Assembly (NCBI GenBank): GCA_963819545.1
Contig: CAWFWJ010000005.1
Location: forward strand, 133,905-197,904
Reading direction: 5' to 3'
Length of the DNA: 64,000 nt
Origin: an uncultured Gammaproteobacteria bacterium
GTDB lineage: Bacteria > Pseudomonadota > Gammaproteobacteria > Steroidobacterales > Steroidobacteraceae
The notes below the pieces were generated by a model. That model had not been told where the DNA came from. It searched no databases and worked only from the letters and a program-made list of their open reading frames with translations. This document shows, piece after piece, positions 31,305 through 41,037 of the stretch (position 1 is the first letter of the stretch; every line of letters starts with the position of its first letter). A program made the translations under genes and the position numbers.

Positions 31305-32108
31305 CTAGTCTTCGAAAAATACCGCCCAAGGGGTTGCTTCGAAGGCCTTCTTTAACTTCTCGTAGTTCAGGATCAGCGCCTGCAGGTTTTCGGGGTTCTG
31401 TCGTCGCAGGCTGGTGCGCGGTTCTTCATTGCGCACTTTAAGAAACGCGAAAAGACCAATGAGGGTCTGCCGCGGGTCAGCAATAAGTTCCTCGTACGAG
31501 ACATTCAGTACCGGGTGCCTGCCGAAACGGGCGGCCGCGGCACTTTCCCACGTGCGCGTCTGCCTGAAGCCTTCTTGCAGCTCTTGCACCGTGAACTGAA
31601 CCCGTTTGGATTTCGCATTCACGGCATCAAAGCGTGTTCCTGTCCAGGTGTCCTGAATCCCGGCAATCTTGCGCGATAACAGCGTTCGGAGAATGTTCTG
31701 CCGGGTCAGGTGGATGACGCGAATGTCCTCGCGCGCCGTGAGCTCATCCCATAATTCCTCCGCCTTCCCATCGAGCGGGTGGTAGTAGAAGATCTTGAAT
31801 CCCTTGGCCCTGATGTGCCTTGGTTGCTTCCCAAAGGCGGAATTGAGCCGCTCGAGTGGATTTCGCCCTTTCAGTTTTGCAAATATCTCGCCTTCCGCGA
31901 AAATTTCCGGATGCGCATTGAGGAAGGACAGCAGCAGGTTCGACCCCGTGCGAGATCGGGTGAGGACGATGAAGCGCGCGTAGTCGTTGTGACCGAACCC
32001 TGCCATGGTGCGATAGGCCACGAGTCGTCCGAGCTGGGCGGCGCGTCGTACGGCCTTGGTGGCCAGCGACATCAACTCCGCAGTGATGTGGCTCAGTGTT
32101 TCAGTCAC
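31305..32108 (-). CDS. Stf0-like sulfotransferase (ST-4)
   Basis: Intact 267-aa ORF. FIVLTRSRTGSNLLLSFLNAHPEIFAEGEIF and VIHLTRQNILRTLLS. Confidence 0.8.
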   Translation of the reverse strand: MTETLSHITAELMSLATKAVRRAAQLGRLVAYRTMAGFGHNDYARFIVLTRSRTGSNLLLSFLNAHPEIFAEGEIFAKLKGRNPLERLNSAFGKQPRHIRAKGFKIFYYHPLDGKAEELWDELTAREDIRVIHLTRQNILRTLLSRKIAGIQDTWTGTRFDAVNAKSKRVQFTVQELQEGFRQTRTWESAAAARFGRHPVLNVSYEELIADPRQTLIGLFAFLKVRNEEPRTSLRRQNPENLQALILNYEKLKKAFEATPWAVFFED

Positions 32109-32115
32109 GTTGGAA

Positions 32116-33249
32116 TCACTTGACGGTGGTCAATTCGCGATAGACACGATCGTACATGCGGACGATCCTGTCCCAGTCGAAGCTCCTGGCTACATGTTCC
32201 CGGGCATCCCGTCCAAGCTGTTCGACCAGCGCGGGTTGCTTGAGCAGGCGATTCAACTGGGCGCGAAGATCGGCGACGTCGTCGGTTCGGAATCGAGCGG
32301 CGACCCAGCGCGGTGCGCGGTCCATCGATGCATCGACGACCTCCAGGTTTTCCGGAATGTCACTGCAAAGGCATCCCTTGCCAAAGCTCATGGCTTCGAG
32401 CAGCACGAGTGCCATGCCCTCGATCGTGGATGGCAGAACGAAGGCGTAGGCATCGCGAAACAAAGCGTCCTTCTGCGGCCCGAACTGCGGTCCGACGAAT
32501 ACGATTCGGGGATCACCATCGGCCAGTCGTCTGAGCGAAGAAGCATATTTCTCGGAATGGGATGGCGGACCGGCAATCACGAGTTTCTTGTCGGTGTCCA
32601 GCTGCCTGAAGGCCGAGATCAGCGTGTGGCAACCCTTCTCGGGAACCAGCCGGCCCAGGAACAGTACATATCCGCCTTTGGACAGATCAACCGGACTTCG
32701 CGCTTCGGAGAGTCGGTCGAGATCGGGCAATACAACTCCATTGGGTATGTAATCGACTTCCTTTCCGTATGCGTCCCGATAGTGCTGTCGAAGCGTCTTC
32801 GAGACGACCGTCGTTCGACTTGGGAATGTCGCCGCGGCCCAGGCTCCGATCCTGAGCCAAATCTTTGCGAATCCGCCCCATTTTTCGCGCTTCCAGTCGA
32901 GGCCGTGCACCGTCACGACGACCTTCCGGCCGAATAGCCTGGGCAGGAACGCCAGCAGTGCCGGACCCGTCGCATTGATGTGAATGATGTCGTAACCGCG
33001 AAGGGCATGGAACACTGCGGCCACGGTGTTGCTGATCGCTTCCAGGTGCTTGGTGTAGATCGCGGGCAGCCGCCTGAGTCTCACGCCCTGAAAATCGGCA
33101 CTGTCATGCTGGTCATAGCGGGCGCGGGTAAAGACCGTGACATCGTGCCCGAGCTTGACGAGACGGGTGCTCAGCTCTTCGACGGCCTTCTCGATGCCGC
33201 CTGCCACAGACGGTCCGATGGCGCGCAGGCCGATGAACGCAATTCTCAA
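32116..33249 (-). CDS. family 4 (GT-B) glycosyltransferase
   Basis: Intact 377-aa ORF. MRIAFIGLRAIGPSVAGGIEKAVEEL, VLFLGRLVPEKGCHTLI, LPSTIEGMALVLLEAMSFGKGCLCSDIPEN. Confidence 0.85.
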   Translation of the reverse strand: MRIAFIGLRAIGPSVAGGIEKAVEELSTRLVKLGHDVTVFTRARYDQHDSADFQGVRLRRLPAIYTKHLEAISNTVAAVFHALRGYDIIHINATGPALLAFLPRLFGRKVVVTVHGLDWKREKWGGFAKIWLRIGAWAAATFPSRTTVVSKTLRQHYRDAYGKEVDYIPNGVVLPDLDRLSEARSPVDLSKGGYVLFLGRLVPEKGCHTLISAFRQLDTDKKLVIAGPPSHSEKYASSLRRLADGDPRIVFVGPQFGPQKDALFRDAYAFVLPSTIEGMALVLLEAMSFGKGCLCSDIPENLEVVDASMDRAPRWVAARFRTDDVADLRAQLNRLLKQPALVEQLGRDAREHVARSFDWDRIVRMYDRVYRELTTVK

Positions 33250-33282
33250 GCAGTTACCGCCAAGGTTCTGGGCCGGGCGACA

Positions 33283-34623
33283 CTACGGGTTCGGCCGGTC
33301 CTGCGGGATCCGCGCGCGATCCAGCGGCACCCACGCCATCACGTACGTCGAAAGTCGCCAAATGAGGTAGACGGGTGCCCAGAGCAGGGTGGAGGCGGGG
33401 ATGCCGTCGCGCCGGCCTCGCATCGTGATCTGGAAGCCGTAGCACGCGATGAGAACCACCGGCGCGATGCCGAGGAAATTGAGCAAAGGACCGTTCGGCA
33501 GAATCAACGTCAGGATAGCGACAGCGACGCAAAGGACGCCCAGCACCGCTACCGGTAGCTGAATCGCGTCGAGCGCCGCAAACAAGCTCAGCCGATCTCG
33601 ATCCCTAAGTCCCTTCGCCAGCAGGCTGATTCCATGCGAGATTGCGTTCAGCTGCCTGCCCCGCTCCCAGCGGACGCCTTGCCGCGTCGCGGTCGCCAAG
33701 TCGGCGCGTAGCGGCGTGTAAACCCTCGCGTCGTCCTGATATGCGACCCGAAGTCCATTCTCCACGACGCGCACGCCATGGCGCCAGTCTTCGGTTGGAT
33801 GCTGGCCGGCTTGCGACTGGGTCGGGAGTGCGAGGCTCCATCCGAATCGCTGGACGTAGCGCCGGCCGTACGCCATTCCGCGGCCCTCAATCAATGATGA
33901 CAGTCCAAGCCGCTCTCGCGCCCAGTTCTGAAGGTTGCGATGCACGAGAGTTAGCCCCAGGCACTTGGCAAACCATTTCGTGTTGGTTATTGCAACCAGC
34001 GAATGTCCGACGATGACTTCCTCGCCACCTTGCCACATGGATATCAGAGCACGCAGAAAACCCCGATCGACGCGCGCCGTGGCGTCGGTGATGACATAGA
34101 GATCCGGGTCGGCGCCCGATTGCGCGAGAGCGCGAAGCGTCCAGGCGATCGCGTAGGTCTTTCCCGGCGGATCCTCGTGTCGGACAAGCAGGCTTGCCCC
34201 GGCCATGCGCCCGCGTGACGCGGTCTCGTCGGTGCAATGGTCGGCAACGACATAAATGGTCAGGAGCTCAGGGGGGTAGTCCGACGAATGGAGCGCTGCC
34301 ACGCACGCCTCGATCTCGTTCTCCATATTGTGGGAAGGCACGATGACGGCGACCGATGGAAGAGAATCGGAATGCGCCGTCGCGCCGACTCGCGGCCGTC
34401 GCAGTCCGGCCAGCAATGGCATGACGACCACATAGAGCGACCAGAGCAACGCAACCAGCGCCAGCAATGCCTGGACTATCCGAACGACGATCATTGTGGA
34501 ACGCTGACACCTTTGACTGGCCTGCGCAACCGAAGCGTGCTCATTCGCGAAACTGTGACAGGGCGCCAGTCTGCAGCGTGTACAATCCCATGCGGGATGT
34601 CTCGGGCCGTGCGTGGCCACCAA
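33283..34623 (-). CDS. membrane-embedded family 2 glycosyltransferase with Q-x-x-RW motif (synthase-like)
   Basis: Intact ORF. VAVIVPSHNMENEIEACVAAL, YVVADHCTDETA, YVITDATA, RQGVRWERG. Flanking TM helices. True start may be the internal MIVVRIVQ (about 34494). Confidence 0.8.
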   Translation of the reverse strand: MVATHGPRHPAWDCTRCRLAPCHSFANEHASVAQASQRCQRSTMIVVRIVQALLALVALLWSLYVVVMPLLAGLRRPRVGATAHSDSLPSVAVIVPSHNMENEIEACVAALHSSDYPPELLTIYVVADHCTDETASRGRMAGASLLVRHEDPPGKTYAIAWTLRALAQSGADPDLYVITDATARVDRGFLRALISMWQGGEEVIVGHSLVAITNTKWFAKCLGLTLVHRNLQNWARERLGLSSLIEGRGMAYGRRYVQRFGWSLALPTQSQAGQHPTEDWRHGVRVVENGLRVAYQDDARVYTPLRADLATATRQGVRWERGRQLNAISHGISLLAKGLRDRDRLSLFAALDAIQLPVAVLGVLCVAVAILTLILPNGPLLNFLGIAPVVLIACYGFQITMRGRRDGIPASTLLWAPVYLIWRLSTYVMAWVPLDRARIPQDRPNP

Positions 34624-34644
34624 ATATAATATGTCTACGAAATC

Positions 34645-36408
34645 TTGAATATTCCGACCGAACCTGCCGGGCCGGTTTCAATTTTTTCCCGAATCAAGCC
34701 TTGGAAACTCCTGCTGGGGATCCTCTGCCTCGCGGCCTTCCTGCGGCTTTGGGGCATCGACTTTGGCCTGCCGTACGACGGCGTCACATACGACGCCTTG
34801 ACGATTGAGGAGATTCAGGAAGTGCACCGAGCGCTTAAGCTGGGCGCCGGCGAGTACTCCACGGTCTTCGGCAAGGGCGGGTTGTACCTGATCCTGTTCG
34901 TCGAGTACGGCGTGCTGTTCGTCGTTTCGTGGCTGCTCGGATGGGTCCACAGCGGCCGGGAATTCGCGCTCCAGGTCCTTCAGGACCGGTCCACGATCTA
35001 CCTGATTGGCCGCATCACCGTCGCCTTGATGGGCGTTGCGACCTGCTACGTGATCTATCACGTCGCGCGTCGCATGCATGACGAGCGGATTGCGCTCGGT
35101 GCTGCTTTCATCGGCGCAGTCTCGTACTTCCACGCGGTCTTTTCGGGCGTCATTAACGTCGACATCGGGGCGACGCTCGGTGTGTGGCTCTGCCTGCTCG
35201 TGTATCTCAATTTCGAAGCAACCGGCAAGTCACGGCATCTCGTCGGCACGGGCGCGCTCGCAGCCGTCGCAATCGCTTTCAAGACGCCGGGTGGCATGGT
35301 CGTGCCCGCGATCCTGGTCGCGCTGGCCACGGCGCCGCGCGGGAATCCGGCGTCGGGTCAATTGATCAAGAAGGTCGCGATCGTGTGCACCGCACTGATC
35401 GTCACGCTGACCGCCATTGCGCCGGAATGGCTGGTGAGCATCGGGGCAATCATCCGCTACAACTTCGCGGCGTTGGTTCAGCCGGCATTTGCAGTCGTCG
35501 CCGACACCGACCTAGAGCGGAATATCAAGTCGATCACGGTAATGCAGGAGGGTTGGAAGACCGGCTACATGAGGCACTTGGTGAGCGAATACAACGTCGT
35601 ACTGACTGCAACGGCGGTTTTCGGTGCGATTGTCGGCGGGCTGAAGAGAAGCCGCTGGGACTTGATCCTGGCGGGGATGGTCGTCGTCTTCATCGCGCTC
35701 ATGTCGGCTTCCGATCGGACGCAGCCGGAGCGGTACCTGTTGCCGATCGTCCCGGCGCTCTGGATCCTCGGCAGCCGGGGTGCATCTGCGTTAGGCAGGT
35801 ATCATCGCGCCATGCCGATCACGGCGCTCGCCCTGATCGTCGCTGTGCCGTCATTCTGGCTCGTGCGCACCGCGGTCGAGAAGTCACATCCAGACACTCG
35901 GGTGCTTGCGAAGGGCTGGATCGAATCCCATGTTCCCTCCGGCGCGCGCATTCTCATGGATGGCATGCGATACCGATTCTCGCAAAGCCCGCCGTTGAAC
36001 CCGGACAGCGAAACGGTGAGCGAGAAAGTGGAACGGGCCAGGGAAGAGGGAGGAAATTTCGGGCGGGGCGTATCGGAACGTACTCTCTCCATCTACGAGC
36101 AAGCCATGAACACGACGCAGGGTCCGAAGTATGAACTCGTGTCTACGGTTCACGGCCTTCAGGTGCGGGATATTTCCTACTACGTGGACAATTGCTTTTC
36201 GCACGTCGTGACCAGTTCGATGGTCGCGGGCCGGTTCAGGAGTGGCGGCCACGCCAACGAGCTGTTCCCGGATTCTGCACGATTTTATGCCTCCCTCGAT
36301 TCCGACCCGCGGGTTCGACTGGTCCACCAGGAATCTGCGGTTCCATGGGGGCAATCCGGTCCAACGATTCGGATCTATAGGATCGCGAGTCGGTGCACTT
36401 CTCAGTAG
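34645..36408 (+). CDS. GT-C fold polyprenyl-phosphate-sugar-dependent glycosyltransferase (ArnT/PMT, GT39/83-like)
   Basis: Intact 587-aa ORF (TTG start). LCLAAFLRLWGIDFGLPYDG. About 10 TM helices followed by a soluble C-terminal domain. Confidence 0.7.
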   Translation: MNIPTEPAGPVSIFSRIKPWKLLLGILCLAAFLRLWGIDFGLPYDGVTYDALTIEEIQEVHRALKLGAGEYSTVFGKGGLYLILFVEYGVLFVVSWLLGWVHSGREFALQVLQDRSTIYLIGRITVALMGVATCYVIYHVARRMHDERIALGAAFIGAVSYFHAVFSGVINVDIGATLGVWLCLLVYLNFEATGKSRHLVGTGALAAVAIAFKTPGGMVVPAILVALATAPRGNPASGQLIKKVAIVCTALIVTLTAIAPEWLVSIGAIIRYNFAALVQPAFAVVADTDLERNIKSITVMQEGWKTGYMRHLVSEYNVVLTATAVFGAIVGGLKRSRWDLILAGMVVVFIALMSASDRTQPERYLLPIVPALWILGSRGASALGRYHRAMPITALALIVAVPSFWLVRTAVEKSHPDTRVLAKGWIESHVPSGARILMDGMRYRFSQSPPLNPDSETVSEKVERAREEGGNFGRGVSERTLSIYEQAMNTTQGPKYELVSTVHGLQVRDISYYVDNCFSHVVTSSMVAGRFRSGGHANELFPDSARFYASLDSDPRVRLVHQESAVPWGQSGPTIRIYRIASRCTSQ

Positions 36409-36417
36409 CTCAGCCCA

Positions 36418-37176
36418 ATGTTTCGGAACTTTCTGATTGTAGGTACTCAGCGGACCGGGAGCACGGCGCTTGTGCGCGCGCTAACGTTTCACCCGGAGAT
36501 CGCATGCGGCGACGAGTGGACTCAGCGTGTCCCGGCGCACCGAAAATTTGCGGTTACCGAGCAGGCACTTTCCGGTAACTTTTCTGCTTTATCCTCTGGG
36601 CAACGGAAGCGCGTCGAGCGTGTGATGAGCCCGGATACGCGCTGGCTCGGCTTCAAGGTGCTCTTCCGCTCATCAGCAAAGTGGCTTCTGCACCCCAGAT
36701 ACGCGCCGGCGCTGTGGCTGGATCGCTTTGATGCCTACCTTCGCTGGCTTGCGGCCAGGCCTTCGATTTATGTCATTCACATCTTTCGACAGGACCCGAT
36801 CGACTGGCTGAAGTCAAAGTACCTTGCGGACAAATCACGAGCCTATGCCGCCGGAAGGGAGTATCCCGAAGGCATGACAATCGAGATTCCACTTGGTGAG
36901 GCAGTGCGCCGCCTTGAGACAAAGCACTGGATCGACGGCCGCATCTCACAGCTGAGCAGATCGAATCCCTACCTTGGCGTCGCGTATGAAGAATTCCTGG
37001 AGTCGGACCGCAAGGTCGTGCTCAAGTTGATGGAGTTCCTTCAGTGTGATCCGGAGAAACTCCGCGAGTTCGACTATCGCAAGCAACGCAAACAATCAAA
37101 ACGGTCAGCGCGAGATTACATCACAAATTACGACCAGCTTACGGCGGCTTTGGCTCACAGATCGTCGCCGGATTGA
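36418..37176 (+). CDS. Stf0-like sulfotransferase (ST-5)
   Basis: Intact 252-aa ORF. FLIVGTQRTGSTALVRALTFHPEIACGDEW and HIFRQDPIDWLKS. Confidence 0.8.
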   Translation: MFRNFLIVGTQRTGSTALVRALTFHPEIACGDEWTQRVPAHRKFAVTEQALSGNFSALSSGQRKRVERVMSPDTRWLGFKVLFRSSAKWLLHPRYAPALWLDRFDAYLRWLAARPSIYVIHIFRQDPIDWLKSKYLADKSRAYAAGREYPEGMTIEIPLGEAVRRLETKHWIDGRISQLSRSNPYLGVAYEEFLESDRKVVLKLMEFLQCDPEKLREFDYRKQRKQSKRSARDYITNYDQLTAALAHRSSPD

Positions 37177-37183
37177 TCTGAGT

Positions 37184-37972
37184 TCAATGGGGATGATCAG
37201 CCGCGAACTGGCGGCGCAATTCGCCTTCATTTCCAATTTGGACGCTGGACATTGTTGGACTCAACTTGTCAAGTGCGGCAGCAAGTTGCAAGCTCTCGAT
37301 CCCCAGCGCGGCGCCGACGGAAGCGACAGAAGCATTCCAGTCACTCACAATGTCTTCATAGGTGAGTAGCGTACCGCCGTGCGCCGCGTGTAATATGCGA
37401 ACTTCACGTTGTTCCTTCTGGCAATGAGCCAGCATCGCCCTAAATTCATCGACGTCTGCCGTGATAGTCTTGGGTGTATCGAGACCGCTAGCGCGATCGC
37501 TGTGATATACGCCCGACGCCTTTGCTCGAAAGTATGAAAGTGCCGTCGCTAAGCTATCCTGTCTCAACAAGTAAAAACGCTCAGCGCCCAGTTTTACGAG
37601 AGACGGTAACGCCGTCCGATATCGCCGCAATTGAGACACCATCACCTTGAATCCGACCGCACGCACTCCTGCGCCCGCAGTTGCGTAGTAGTGCGCCAGG
37701 TGATTCTCGATTCTGCTTTTTGCGAAAAGTGCGTTTGCAAAATTCGCGAGGAGGGGGCTACCGCAGATCGTCTGTGGAAATCGCCATTCGGCGTGGAGCA
37801 CGTGCGGGCCACTGTGAAAGAGTTCCCCTGCGCAGAAGATGAGTGGTGAAGCGTCGAGTGACCGGACGAGCAGCGTGGAACCAGTGCGCTGGGTGGCGAC
37901 AATGACGAACGGTTTTCCCGGGGATTGTAATTGTTGAGCCAAGGCAGGCCCCAAGTTTCGATAACAACTCAT
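37184..37972 (-). CDS. Stf0-like sulfotransferase (ST-6)
   Basis: Intact 262-aa ORF. FVIVATQRTGSTLLVRSLDASPLIFCAGELF and YLLRQDSLATALS. Confidence 0.8.
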   Translation of the reverse strand: MSCYRNLGPALAQQLQSPGKPFVIVATQRTGSTLLVRSLDASPLIFCAGELFHSGPHVLHAEWRFPQTICGSPLLANFANALFAKSRIENHLAHYYATAGAGVRAVGFKVMVSQLRRYRTALPSLVKLGAERFYLLRQDSLATALSYFRAKASGVYHSDRASGLDTPKTITADVDEFRAMLAHCQKEQREVRILHAAHGGTLLTYEDIVSDWNASVASVGAALGIESLQLAAALDKLSPTMSSVQIGNEGELRRQFAADHPH

Positions 37973-38228
37973 TTATTCTGCCGTCTAGTGGTCCAGGCGG
38001 GCCCGCAGGCGCGAAAATGAGACCTCTGACTAGACTAGCCGGACGCGGGCTCTCAGAATTACGCGGGCCGCAGCATATCAATGGACTCAGCGTGACCCTA
38101 GCTCGACAGGCAGGCTACCTGCAGGCGTTGGAATCGGCAAGTTTCCAGGTTTTTTCGTTGAATAGGCGTCTGAGCGATCTGCTTGTCGGTTTTGAAAATA
38201 GACCGGGGCGCCATTCGATCATGAAAGT

Positions 38229-39236
38229 ATGACTGGTACGAGACTGATCGTTTCGCGCGCAATGATGGCCATTGGGGCGGGCCGCATCCTCGGCGCCCTT
38301 TCGCGGCCTTCATTGCTGGTCGTCAACTATCATAGGTTGCATCGATCCTCCGATCGACTGCGGTCTCGATTCGACGACGGCGTGTTTGGCCCGGACGTCG
38401 AAACGTTTCGCCGTCAGGTGGAATGGCTAAAGTCGGCCACCACGGTCCTGGACGAGGAAGGAGTGTTGAGCCTCCTGTCCGGCAAAGACTTGCCAAGGGG
38501 ATCGCTGCTGTCGGCGATAACTTTCGACGACGGCTACATTGACTGCTACACATTGGCTCGGTCCGTTCTCGAGAGCTGGGCGTACGCGGACTGTTCTTCG
38601 TACCTGTGGAAATGCTGGAGTCCCGACGACTCGGATGGTGGGACAGTGCCGCGTACCTCTTGAAGAAAACAAGGCATGAAAAGTTCACCTTGAATGATCA
38701 AACATTTGATTTGCGCAATGACTTCCGTGGATCGCTTAAACGGGTGCTCGCCCTGTTCAAGCTCGAGAAGGCCGAACGGACGGCGGGCTTGCTGGAAGAG
38801 CTTTCGCGTGCCTGCGAAGTCGCGTTCCCGGGAAGGACGAGCAGAGTGCAGAACTGCTGAATTGGAAGCAGGTTCGCGAGATGAAGAGCGCCGGTCACGG
38901 CATCGGTTCGCACTCGCTTTCGCACCGCGTGTTTCGACGCTCGAGCGGGCGGCGCAGGAGCATGAGATTCGAGAGTCGAAGCGTGAGCTCGAGGCAATCA
39001 TCGGCTCGAAGATCAGTTCGTTCGCATACCCGGTCGGCGGACGCGCGCACTACAATGCGGACAGCGTCGACCTGGCGCGTCAGGCAGGCTACTTATGTGC
39101 CTTCACGTTCAATACGGGCATTGCGAGGATTCCAGTCGCCGACCGGTTCCAGATTCCGCGGGAATCGGCAAACTCCCTGGAGGAGCTCAAGGCAAGGATG
39201 TGCCTGCCCGGAGTGATGGGCCTGGAAGATGGCTAG
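38229..39236 (+). pseudogene. NodB-type polysaccharide deacetylase, about 3 frameshifts
   Basis: AITFDDGYIDCY (motif 1), GIGSHSLSH (motif 2), FAYPVGG, over frames 38229, 38606, 38881 and 38694. Confidence 0.7.
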
Positions 39237-39246
39237 GTAGCGCGCG

Positions 39247-40149
39247 TTGAACCTCGGCGCGCTGCTTGACCAGCTAAGGTCAGTCGGGATTGCCATCGAC
39301 GAGGGCCCGGTCGTGCTCAGCGTCGCGAGGGACCTCAAGATCCTGCAGGTGGCAAGCGGCTCAACCCAGCGCTTCCTCCGGATACTGGAACGCGCCAATG
39401 GTGAACGGCACTTCGCGCACCTGCGATTTCTGGAAATGCGCCTCGGCGACCGCATCAATGCGCCCTCCAGCGTAATTACGACCGATGATCTCGCCTGCGG
39501 AGTGTTTCCATTCATTGCGCACTTCAAGGTCTCGCATGAGCAATTGGTTTCCGGAAATCTCCTTCCGGAAGTGGCGAAATCCCTAATTCTGATGCACGAG
39601 GCGGGGCGGGACTTTTGCGCCGCGGCAGCGCCGGTCGCCACGTTATTCAGGCCGGCGAGCGCATTCGAGAAAGAGACAAGCGAAGCTGCAACCCGATCGT
39701 GGCTCGAATGCACCCTGCGACACGTGACGGAGTCCCAGCCCGCGGTTGCGCAGCATTGCGACTTCACCTATGCGAATCTCGGCGTCGCGCAGCAGGGACG
39801 ACTCATCATCTTCGACTGGGAGGAATATGGGGCGATCACGTACCCGGCCTTCGATTTCACGACATTTCTGCTCGGTCACTACCACTTCGAAGGCGCGATC
39901 GGGCGCGCGCTCGATTCTCCCGCGGCATTGATCGATCTCATCAGCCGCGACTTCGGCAATGCGTTTCTCGGGGGCCTCGGCCTGACTGTCAAGGAGTACA
40001 CACGGGTGTTTCCGGCTTATCTGTTCACCTTCCTCACACTGAAGCAGGGCGGCTTCAGCGCCGCGATCAACAGGCGCATGCAATCCATGTGGTCGAAATT
40101 GCTCCAGTCAGGGGAATGGGCGAGCGCGATGAAAACACCTGTTTCCTAG
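39247..40149 (+). CDS. aminoglycoside-phosphotransferase-fold kinase-like protein
   Basis: Intact 300-aa ORF (non-ATG start). Brenner-type HCDFTYANLGV followed by IIFDWEEYG. Confidence 0.55.
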   Translation: MNLGALLDQLRSVGIAIDEGPVVLSVARDLKILQVASGSTQRFLRILERANGERHFAHLRFLEMRLGDRINAPSSVITTDDLACGVFPFIAHFKVSHEQLVSGNLLPEVAKSLILMHEAGRDFCAAAAPVATLFRPASAFEKETSEAATRSWLECTLRHVTESQPAVAQHCDFTYANLGVAQQGRLIIFDWEEYGAITYPAFDFTTFLLGHYHFEGAIGRALDSPAALIDLISRDFGNAFLGGLGLTVKEYTRVFPAYLFTFLTLKQGGFSAAINRRMQSMWSKLLQSGEWASAMKTPVS

Positions 40150-40166
40150 CACAGGGTGGACGCCAG

Positions 40167-41037
40167 ATGAGTCCGGTCTCGCCAATTCCGCTTGAAGCCA
40201 TGGCGCTCTTCGTGAGCGAGCTGAAGTCCGGCGACCTGCACTGGCGCAGCGTGCTCTCGGAACCTCGCTTCGAGATGCTGCACTGTCGCCAGCGCTGGTT
40301 CACTGACCGTCAAAAGGGAATGTTCTTCCGGTTGCTGTCGCCGCCGCGTCGGGAGGCATTCCTCGAGATCCAGGCAGGATCCGGCATCGTGAGCTCATGC
40401 CTGAGCGAGGATTTCAAGCGCGGCTACGCGTGGGAACGCCGACCCGCGTGCGCCGACTTCATGGAACTCCGGTTTCGATCCGATTCAATCGTTAACCTGG
40501 AAATCCTGCGTGCCAGCGGGTCCGAGATCGCGCTGCCCGACGAAAGCCTCGACCTTGTCGCAATCAACGAACCGATTTCGATGGAGCGAGCCACGTTCGC
40601 AGGTTCAGATGCTGAGGAATTCGCTCTCGCGATCCTGCGCGAAGCCCTGCGATGCCTTCGCCGCACGGGCCGCCTCATCATGGCTGTCGACAACGCTTGG
40701 CACTATCCGAGTCTCGGAACACCTTTCGAGCCGTTTCTCGAGCGCATCCACGGTCGAAATGCGACCTCGAAGCGGCCGCGGTTACCGGAGACTCGTGAAT
40801 CGTGCCGGGCTCCGGAAAGCGCGCCTGTTCACCGTGAAGCCACGTCGGCATATGCCAATCGACATCTACAGCCATCACCGAGTCTCTCTGGATCAGCTCT
40901 ACCGGAAGTATGACAGCCGCAGCCGGTCCGCCGCCGATCAAGTGGCGTCCGAACCGGCGGGCATGCCGTATCTGGCTGCGTATTTCCAGCCCCTTACTAT
41001 CTCGTCTGCGAAAGGTAGGTCGGCGCTTGCGCTATGA
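40167..41037 (+). pseudogene. class I SAM-dependent methyltransferase-like protein, one frameshift near 40760
   Basis: ATG 40167. FLEIQAGSGIVSSCL (motif I-like), LDLVAINEP, GRLIMAVDN. Tail GYRRLVNRAGLRKARLFTVKP in frame 40510..41037. Confidence 0.5.
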
